NCBI GenBank assembly: GCA_963737155.1
Contig: CAVTRN010000002.1
Location: forward strand, 2,368,001-2,432,000
DNA length: 64,000 nt
DNA from: Nitrospirota bacterium
Lineage (GTDB): Bacteria > Nitrospirota > UBA9217
Direction of reading: 5' to 3'
Below, piece by piece: positions 51,728 through 58,853 of this stretch (the stretch's first letter is position 1; each line of letters begins with the position of its first letter). Below the pieces are notes generated by a model. It was not told the DNA's origin, ran no database searches, and saw only the letters and a program-made list of their open reading frames with translations. The translations under genes were made by a program, and so were the position numbers.

Positions 51728-52315
51728 TCAGTTTAAGCTTTGAACTATATTGCCTGAATTTACGCCGGAGCCGCTTTGTTGAGTGCTACTTGTCTTTTCC
51801 GGGCCTGCTCCTAGCTGAGAGTAGATGTTGTTGTTTGCTTGAAAAATAAACATCGCCTCTACCGTCGTCGTCGTGTTTTGGTGGGGATCTGTTGCCATTA
51901 CCGAGGCAAGGATGATCCCGTCATCGTCGACACTATAATTGCTGTCTCCATCATTATTATCCTTCATATATAGATTCCACACATAACCGGTAAGTGCAGA
52001 TGTGTTCATCGTTGAACTTACGACCATTTGCTGAGTGCGATTTTGATACGTAGCGTCTAACGGGTTTGAGGCCAGAAGCCCGCACCAGTTAGGCGGAGCA
52101 CAAGAGTTGTGCCAGAGATAGTCTCGCATCTCCTCGCTTCCGGCCCACGCAGCATAATAACCCTGGTTTTTTTCTCTGACCATGGCGAGATTCCTTAAGT
52201 AGGAGGCCATGGTATAGCACAGGGCGGCAGTCATCAAACCGACAACTGCCGTAATCAACAGCGCCACCACCAGTGCGATGCCCTTTTCACCCGATCGATG
52301 TTTAAAAACTGACAT
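51728..52315 (-). CDS. Type IV minor pilin PilX-like
   Basis: KG|IALVVALLI lacks Glu5, as is typical of PilX; directly upstream of pilY1. Confidence 0.85.
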   Translation of the reverse strand: MSVFKHRSGEKGIALVVALLITAVVGLMTAALCYTMASYLRNLAMVREKNQGYYAAWAGSEEMRDYLWHNSCAPPNWCGLLASNPLDATYQNRTQQMVVSSTMNTSALTGYVWNLYMKDNNDGDSNYSVDDDGIILASVMATDPHQNTTTTVEAMFIFQANNNIYSQLGAGPEKTSSTQQSGSGVNSGNIVQSLN

Positions 52316-53318
52316 TCATCACCTCTACGGACTTGTTCAGAAGCAGCCTTCTGTAATTATCATTAAACGGTCCGACGGTAATCGGATTTGCATTTCCCAA
52401 AGTATACGTACTACTATCCACATAACCATTGCTTGCCGGGAAATCGGAACGAAGAAGGATCCAGATTCTTATTTCCGTGACACTCGCTATATTAGTTGAG
52501 GCGATTGTCGGCGTCGGGATTCCGCCTGCCAATTCAAACTCAATTTCAAATCCATCAACACCTCCCATTGCATTATTCGGTCCATGAGATGAGATAAGAG
52601 GAAGTGAATAGGGGGTGCAGAGCCCTTGCGCTTTATTGTCCCATCTGGTGAGAATAAGGTCTCTGCTCCCGTCTACCGATATTTGTTTCATGACCACCGA
52701 GTAAAAATTGCTGTCTGCGTTTACATTTTGATTCAGCGGGGGTGTTATAGTCATCGCAGTCCCATTGAAATTAGTAACCTGATATACAAGGGTACCGAGA
52801 TTCGGCTGAAGGGAATCAAGTGTTATGAAAGCCCCGGCATTGGCCGTGAGACCGGCAGTATAGTTTATAGACGGGGCGTTTGTGTTGGTGTTCAGAAGAG
52901 TAGCCCCCGCAGAAGCATTCTGACTTGTCTGCAGATATGGATAACCTGGGTTTGGCGTTGTTATCCGTTCAGCAGTAAGGTAGGAAATCGATTCGTTCGG
53001 AGGTGCGTTCGGCGGTGTGTTCGTAAGCGCGAGCGAATTGATTGGGTTTGGATTAATATTAGTACAAAACTGGATGGAAGGCGTCGCAGCGATAAATAAT
53101 CCCGCCAATCGTAGTTGCTCAGCGACATAGTCCAATACCCGCTGTCCTTTCTGAGTCATTTCCTGCTTGACGGCCAGATCACTCACATTTTTGCTAGTGG
53201 GACTGAAGGATGCATAAAAGACAGCCATCAGGATACTGAATACTGCCATAGCAATTACCAACTCGACCAGAGTTATTCCCGAAGCCTTTTTTATTTTTTT
53301 TAAATTAAGTTTCAGCAT
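52302..53318 (-). CDS. Type IV minor pilin PilW-like
   Basis: SG|ITLVELVIAMAV, QLRLAG, C-terminal IRIWILLRS...YRRLL. Confidence 0.88.
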   Translation of the reverse strand: MLKLNLKKIKKASGITLVELVIAMAVFSILMAVFYASFSPTSKNVSDLAVKQEMTQKGQRVLDYVAEQLRLAGLFIAATPSIQFCTNINPNPINSLALTNTPPNAPPNESISYLTAERITTPNPGYPYLQTSQNASAGATLLNTNTNAPSINYTAGLTANAGAFITLDSLQPNLGTLVYQVTNFNGTAMTITPPLNQNVNADSNFYSVVMKQISVDGSRDLILTRWDNKAQGLCTPYSLPLISSHGPNNAMGGVDGFEIEFELAGGIPTPTIASTNIASVTEIRIWILLRSDFPASNGYVDSSTYTLGNANPITVGPFNDNYRRLLLNKSVEVMNVSF

Positions 53319-53319
53319 A

Positions 53320-53778
53320 CTAATGTCCCTTTTCTGAAACTAATTGAAATAATTTCGTATGCCCCTCATAGGTGAAGGCTGTGGCAACGCTGATCGTACA
53401 AAGGGACGTCACGGCAGGTGGCGACAGAGTAACCGGCCGGATTGTCCAGGTTCTTGTTAAAGCGGTCGTTACGCTTGAAATGGTCGGTTGCCCAGTCTCT
53501 AAATCAGTTACATCGGAATAGGGAATTCCGTCACAAACAAGATTTCCATTAGCAACGTTGATGGTGCTGCTGAGGGTTATAAGGTCTTCAAGTTTTTGCG
53601 CGGTGAGAGCCTGTGCCTTGACCCTGTACGAAGTTGATTTATCGACGTTAAAAGCTTGGACAAGAAGAGGCTCAATCGCCAACATTACTAATGCTATGAG
53701 GGCACCCGCAAAAATTACTTCCAGTAGCGTAAACCCCCGCTGGCTTCTATCCCTTCTTGCGAATTTCGTCTTCTTCAT
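53320..53778 (-). CDS. Type IV minor pilin PilV-like
   Basis: RG|FTLLEVIFA. GGAGGGG SD before MKKTKF. Confidence 0.85.
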   Translation of the reverse strand: MKKTKFARRDRSQRGFTLLEVIFAGALIALVMLAIEPLLVQAFNVDKSTSYRVKAQALTAQKLEDLITLSSTINVANGNLVCDGIPYSDVTDLETGQPTISSVTTALTRTWTIRPVTLSPPAVTSLCTISVATAFTYEGHTKLFQLVSEKGH

Positions 53779-54054
53779 GAAGTAACCCCTCCGGCAGTGG
53801 GCCCAATCAACGATTCTGCCTGAAAATTCAACCAACGTGACAAGCTATCCGCCCCTCGTCGTCAATGTTTCTAGATGGAACCGTCAGGAGGAACAGAATT
53901 CTGCACGAGCGGATAGGAAGTTGAATTATATAACGCAGCAAAGCCGCTAATGTATTTCATTTGCATATAGTAACCGTAGCAAGCAATTCCAGAAGAGTAA
54001 AGCCTTTTCAGTTGCGGGCAGCACTTTTCACTCATAACCGCATTGCCACAATTT

Positions 54055-54255
54055 CTAATGAGTATGCATTCTCACGCTCGATCTCTGATAGCGGCCGCGG
54101 GAAACACGCGGCTTTACTGCTTCCGCCATCATCAGATCGTAGAAGTCCCACGTATGTGATCCGCAGGCCGGACAACGTTCCCAAAGAAGGGCATCGGGCC
54201 GCATTGTGACAATAATAGCCGAACATTCCGGACATATAAATCTAGCTTCAATCAT
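54055..54255 (-). CDS. Small zinc-ribbon protein (66 aa)
   Basis: MIEARFICPECSA...ERCPACGSH, two CxxC pairs, AAAGG SD, upstream sigma54 promoter. Confidence 0.65.
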   Translation of the reverse strand: MIEARFICPECSAIIVTMRPDALLWERCPACGSHTWDFYDLMMAEAVKPRVSRGRYQRSSVRMHTH

Positions 54256-54302
54256 AGAATGACCTTTCACGTATGGCGCTTAAAAAATATTACAATATTT
54301 AA

Positions 54303-54318
54303 TGCAATAATCGTACCA
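54303..54318 (-). promoter_or_regulatory. Sigma54 (-24/-12) promoter
   Basis: TGGTAC-GATTA-TTGCA with exact GG/GC spacing, ~48 nt upstream of the small ORF. Confidence 0.7.
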
Positions 54319-54399
54319 TGTATGTTCCTTGTTTTTTTAGCGGGTTATAAATATAAACGAGGAGGAATTGTTATCTGCAGTTCTTAGATGTGTAATGTA

Positions 54400-55230
54400 T
54401 TACATAACGATTATGCCAGCATAACCTACGACCTGATCATAGTCACCGCTCGTATCTCCGGAGTTTGCGTATTTCACCATTTCAGCTTTCGTGGCGCCGA
54501 GCAATTGAGCGGCCGTCAGCATTGCCACGGCCGGGCCGCATCCGCACATAGTGATGCCGAACTCCTTGACCGTATGATAGAGTCCTACAGGGTCAAGGTT
54601 CAGTATGTGCTGAATTGCCTTGGAATCCTTTTCTTTTGCGGTAGATGCCTTCTCGTAATGGGTCATGTCCGAGCTGGCTACGATGAGCACACTATCCATG
54701 CCCTCCCTGCCCTTGATCCCTCCTCCCTTTTGGATAATCGCCGAAGCTACCGCTTTTCCCAGTTCCTGACATGTTTCGAGTCGGGTGTCGAGCATCTGGA
54801 TTGGAACAATCTTGAAATCGTTTTTCAAGTACTGAATAAAAGGAAGCTGAACTTCAAGGGAATGTTCACGGAGATGTGCAAGTTCGTCATCTCGAATACG
54901 AGGCGACTGCGATATAATCGCTGCGGCTAGCCTTTCATCGATGGCCACGATGCCAAGCGGCGTCTCCCATGCTCCCTTTGCCATAAGAGAAACAGGCGCG
55001 CCGAGCCCCGTATGATTCGGGCCGATGAGAACAATGGTATCGGGGAGTTCGATGCCTGAGTAGACGGCACCGGCCACAGATCCGGAATAGATCAGGCCGG
55101 CATGAGGAGCGACAATGCCGACTGCTTTTTTCCGCGTAACGGCCGGAGTTACAAATTCCGCGATCTGCTTTCTAAGCCCTTCAGAAGAGCCTTTATAGAA
55201 ATATCCTGCTACAGCCGATTGACGGACCAT
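54400..55230 (-). CDS. amrB: AmmeMemoRadiSam system protein B (MEMO1 family)
   Basis: RQSAVAGYFY, APHAG..YSG, GPNH, EHSLEVQLPF, SSDMTHY, TMCG, VVGYA. Confidence 0.93.
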   Translation of the reverse strand: MVRQSAVAGYFYKGSSEGLRKQIAEFVTPAVTRKKAVGIVAPHAGLIYSGSVAGAVYSGIELPDTIVLIGPNHTGLGAPVSLMAKGAWETPLGIVAIDERLAAAIISQSPRIRDDELAHLREHSLEVQLPFIQYLKNDFKIVPIQMLDTRLETCQELGKAVASAIIQKGGGIKGREGMDSVLIVASSDMTHYEKASTAKEKDSKAIQHILNLDPVGLYHTVKEFGITMCGCGPAVAMLTAAQLLGATKAEMVKYANSGDTSGDYDQVVGYAGIIVM

Positions 55231-55598
55231 GGCCTTCTCCGATGCATTAGTGGTTTATCCGCTGGTTTTTGTTCTATCCCAGTATTTTCGCTGTCGTTCC
55301 CTGCGAACGGATATCCGAAAGCGACTGGAACACTTCAGGGATGTGAGTATTTGGGGAAATGACTTCGCTAGGTTTGGCCTCCGTTTCCACCAAGATGATC
55401 GAATTTTCGGCCATCTCCCTGGTGGCTGTCCTGAACTTACCTGTCAAAAAAGACAATTCCCGAAGGAAAACCCCGGAGCACAACACGACTCGGTCGACCC
55501 TGCTAGCCTGACAGTATGTGGTATGTAGTATTAATTTTTATAGCAAATATTCCTTGCGATGAAAATCCTTTGGACGGTGCAAATAGTCCTGCGAAGTA

Positions 55599-56133
55599 AA
55601 TAACCCCGCAGCAAGCTGCGAGGCATTTTGACTAGAATCTAAAACCTATTTGCTCATCATGCTGATACCGAATATAGTTTCTAATCACTTCCGCCGTTAT
55701 TTTGTCGCCAACCGAACGGACAAAGTAACCATCGTTCCACAGTTCCCCTCCCCAGAGCTTTTTCTTTATCTCCGGGAACTCTTGGAACATTATTCTGGCG
55801 GAGATACTTTTAATCATTTGTACTACCTTCGCAGGCGCATACTTCGGAGGAACAACCAAAAACAAGTGTACATGGTCATCCATGACTTCCATCGTATCTA
55901 TTTCCAAATCGTACTGTTCAGCTATCTCACGAAAGATTTCTTTCAATCGTTTCGTCATCCGAACGTCGAACAGTTTTTTACAATATTTCGGTATCCATAC
56001 GAAATGGTACTTGAGATCATAGACACAATGTCTGCTTCTTCTCAATGGGCTCATGACCCGTATTGTATCAGAAAATCATCCTGACTTCGTCAGGATATCC
56101 TTTTCATCCCAGCAGCAAGCTGCTGGGTATTCA
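55599..56133. mobile_element. IS200-like element
   Basis: tnpA flanked by related hairpins CCCCGCAGCAAGCTGCGAGG (~55604-55623) and CCCAGCAGCAAGCTGCTGGG (~56108-56127); the latter is followed by TATTCAA. Confidence 0.85.
55632..56054 (-). CDS. tnpA: IS200/IS605 Y1 (HUH) transposase
   Basis: YHFVWIPKY, DHVHL (HUH), KSISAR, LWNDGYF, YIRYQ (catalytic Tyr). Confidence 0.95.
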   Translation of the reverse strand: MSPLRRSRHCVYDLKYHFVWIPKYCKKLFDVRMTKRLKEIFREIAEQYDLEIDTMEVMDDHVHLFLVVPPKYAPAKVVQMIKSISARIMFQEFPEIKKKLWGGELWNDGYFVRSVGDKITAEVIRNYIRYQHDEQIGFRF

Positions 56134-56289
56134 AGGATGTTTTTTATAAAGATCCAAAGACAGTACAACCAGACCATCCTGTTGTGTCGTTTGCGATGCT
56201 CCAAGTATGGCAGGAATCTTTCGGTCAGGATAGGGAATGATGGATTATGTGCTTTTGGAACATCAATGACCGTATCAGAATATCCTGCA

Positions 56290-56460
56290 TGGTTAATACG
56301 TGCTCTGTTTACATCGGCATAAAACACCGGTGTTGCGACATTTGCACTATATTTCGATTGAAGCCTCTATTGCCCTCGTCCACATATCAGCATACCAAAC
56401 ATTCCTGAGATGTATATGAAGGATTGGTTTAGGTAATCTTTGTGCCGAGACAACCACGGC
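56290..56460 (-). pseudogene. Decayed tnpB-like C-terminal fragment
   Basis: TNPSYTSQECLVC*YVDEGNR ... FYADVNRARIN resembles the TnpB pattern NPAYTSQ.C..CG.V...NR ... HADVNAARNI, with a stop and a frameshift. Confidence 0.6.
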
Positions 56461-56620
56461 AAACATCTTATCCGTCCCGCTGATGGCGGCTTTCCAGCCC
56501 GATTTCCTGCGATATTTCTAAACGCTTTTCGTAACCCGTAATTTTACAGAAACCAGGGCTATCTCCCTATAAGAATCGTATACGTTCCAAGCGTCAGATT
56601 CGACAACTGCGTCTCCGCAC

Positions 56621-58009
56621 CTAAAAATTTCTTTTCTCCGTGTTCTCAAAGCGGGTAAACTTGTTAATATAGGTCAAATCAACTTTCCCGATGGGCCCAT
56701 TTCGCTGTTTTCCGACGATGACTTCTGCGACGCCCCTCCTCCCACACAGACATTCTCCCTCATAGGGGCACTCGCATTTGTTATAGACCTCATCCCGGTA
56801 GATGAATAATATAACATCGGCATCCTGCTCGATGGCTCCCGATTCGCGAAGATCGGCAAGCATCGGCCGTTTTTCCTTTCCTGGCCGCGTTTCCACGGCG
56901 CGGTTCAATTGGGAAAGAGCAATGACGGGGACTTTCAGGTCCTTGGCGAGCATTTTGAGCGATCGCGATATATTGGATATTTCCTGCTCCCTGCTTGACT
57001 CGTTCTGACGGCCGCGCATGAGCTGGAGATAGTCTACAATGATAAGGTCAAGACCGCGTTCAGCCTTAAGTCTTCTTGATTTCGCCTGCATTTCAAGCAC
57101 GGAGAGGGCGGCCGTGTCATCGATGTATATTGGAGCTTCGGCGAGTCTTCCCGCGGCATTCGCAAGAGGGGTCCAGTCCCGTTCCGATAAATGCCCGGTC
57201 CGCAGCCGATGCGCGTCTACCCGAGCCTCAGACCCCAGCAAACGAAGTCCTAGGGCCTCCTTGGACATTTCAAGACTGAAAAAAGCGACAATCTTCTGTT
57301 TTTCGGCAGCGGCGTAAGCCGCGACGTTGAGGCAAAAAGCGGTCTTGCCCATGGATGGACGGCCCGCAACAATAACAAGGTCGCTCGGCTGGAGGCCTGA
57401 CGTCAGATGATCGAGATCGACGAAACCAGTAGGGATGCCCGTGATCATCTCTTTCCGCTCGTAAAGATCTTCGACCATTTTAAAGCTGTGACCGACGATG
57501 CTTTTCAAGGGTGAAAATGCCTCGCCGATTTTCTTTTGCGCTATGTCGAAAATGGAGCGTTCCGCCGTATTCAGCAGTTCATCAATGCTCTCGACCGTGC
57601 GTGAATCATCATAGCATTGCGTGATGATATCGGTAGACGCGTGAATAAGCCTTCTCAGGACAGACTTTTCGCGGATGATCTTCGCATGGTACTTGATGTT
57701 AGCCGCTGTGGGCACGAGGCTCACGAGATTCGCCAGGTAGGACGCTCCCCCTACGGTCTCGAGCGCAACTTTCCCGCGAAGGCTGTCCGTCAAGGTTACA
57801 AGATCGATCGCCTCCCGGCGTTCGAACATCTCGATCATGACGGCAAATATCCTCCGGTGAATGTCCTTGTAGAAATCCTCGGGCGACAACAGCGACATCA
57901 CGTTATTGAGTGAATCGTTTTCAATCAGGACGGCGCCAAGCACCATCTGTTCGGCTTCGATGTTCTGGGGAGGAAGTTTTTGGAGAGGAACTTCAGTCTG
58001 GACGGACAT
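56621..58009 (-). CDS. dnaB: Replicative DNA helicase
   Basis: PPQNIEAEQ, GRPSMGKT, FSLEM, VDYLQL, LSQLNR, DLRESGAIEQDAD, KQRNGP. Confidence 0.98.
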   Translation of the reverse strand: MSVQTEVPLQKLPPQNIEAEQMVLGAVLIENDSLNNVMSLLSPEDFYKDIHRRIFAVMIEMFERREAIDLVTLTDSLRGKVALETVGGASYLANLVSLVPTAANIKYHAKIIREKSVLRRLIHASTDIITQCYDDSRTVESIDELLNTAERSIFDIAQKKIGEAFSPLKSIVGHSFKMVEDLYERKEMITGIPTGFVDLDHLTSGLQPSDLVIVAGRPSMGKTAFCLNVAAYAAAEKQKIVAFFSLEMSKEALGLRLLGSEARVDAHRLRTGHLSERDWTPLANAAGRLAEAPIYIDDTAALSVLEMQAKSRRLKAERGLDLIIVDYLQLMRGRQNESSREQEISNISRSLKMLAKDLKVPVIALSQLNRAVETRPGKEKRPMLADLRESGAIEQDADVILFIYRDEVYNKCECPYEGECLCGRRGVAEVIVGKQRNGPIGKVDLTYINKFTRFENTEKRNF

Positions 58010-58167
58010 GATTCAACCTCAAATCTATTACAGGGAGTAGTTTCGTGGGAGGGAGTACCGTCAAAACCCCTGCGAAAGAACGACGACCATTCCGGTCATC
58101 AGCTCTTATTCAAGCCGCCTGCCGCAGGATAAATAGCCAGGGCGCCTTCCCACGGAGAGAAACAACG

Positions 58168-58191
58168 AAGGCTGGTGCAGGCACCAGCCTT
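58168..58191 (-). terminator. Perfect hairpin after rplI (probable terminator or processing stem)
   Basis: AAGGCTGGTGC-AG-GCACCAGCCTT, 11-bp arms, with a U-rich stretch downstream on the minus strand. Confidence 0.55.
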
Positions 58192-58243
58192 AGAAAAAAC
58201 AATTCAAGGATCATGATTCTACATCGGCGAATACGCTGGAGCG

Positions 58244-58690
58244 TTACCCCTCTGCAATTACTGTCAGCTTGAAATCCACCGTGACATCAGCATGCAGTTT
58301 CACGGAAATGCTATAATCCCCCAGCCGTTTGATCGGCTCATCAAGAATAATTTTCCTCTTATCGATGGCTACGCCCTGCACCTTCATAGCTTCGGCGATA
58401 TCCATGGTCGTAACGGAACCGAATAGTTTGCCCTCTTCGCCGCTTTTGGCCTTGATTGTAATCGCCAGGGCCTTGATTATATCGGCATCCGCTGCCACTT
58501 CCTTTTTCAACTTGCGAAGACGGTCGCTAATCATTTTCTTCGCATGCTCCATGGCATGGAGGTTTTTTGGCGTGGCCTCAATGGCTTTTTTGTTCGGCAC
58601 CAAATAATTTCTCGCATAACCATCAGCAACCTTGACGAGATCGCCAATCTTGCCTAATTTATCCATGTCTTCCCGTAAAATTACCTGCAT
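58244..58690 (-). CDS. rplI: 50S ribosomal protein L9
   Basis: MQVIL..LGKIGDLVKVADGYARNYL, GKLFGSVT, PIKRLG. Confidence 0.98.
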   Translation of the reverse strand: MQVILREDMDKLGKIGDLVKVADGYARNYLVPNKKAIEATPKNLHAMEHAKKMISDRLRKLKKEVAADADIIKALAITIKAKSGEEGKLFGSVTTMDIAEAMKVQGVAIDKRKIILDEPIKRLGDYSISVKLHADVTVDFKLTVIAEG

Positions 58691-58853
58691 TTCTGAAACT
58701 GCTCCTTTCGAATTCGTAATAGTGGTAGGATACTACCAGAAAGGGGGGCGAGGTGTCAATCAGAATCTGAATCGCGGCTGCTGTCTGGGGCACCTCGGAG
58801 TCAAAACCGCGGTGTAATGAACCTTACTGTATATTTTCGCCGCTCCTCTGATC

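Noticed and set aside
55345-55425. Short matches to my recollection of the moaA Moco riboswitch (GAAATGACTTCGC, GCCACCAGGG) and to 6S RNA ends
   Set aside because: The matches lie on opposite strands or in the wrong order, so no family assignment is supportable.
58100-58112. CUGAUGA hammerhead-like core upstream of dnaB (also near 1797-1806)
   Set aside because: The required GAAA after stem II and the three-stem junction are absent.
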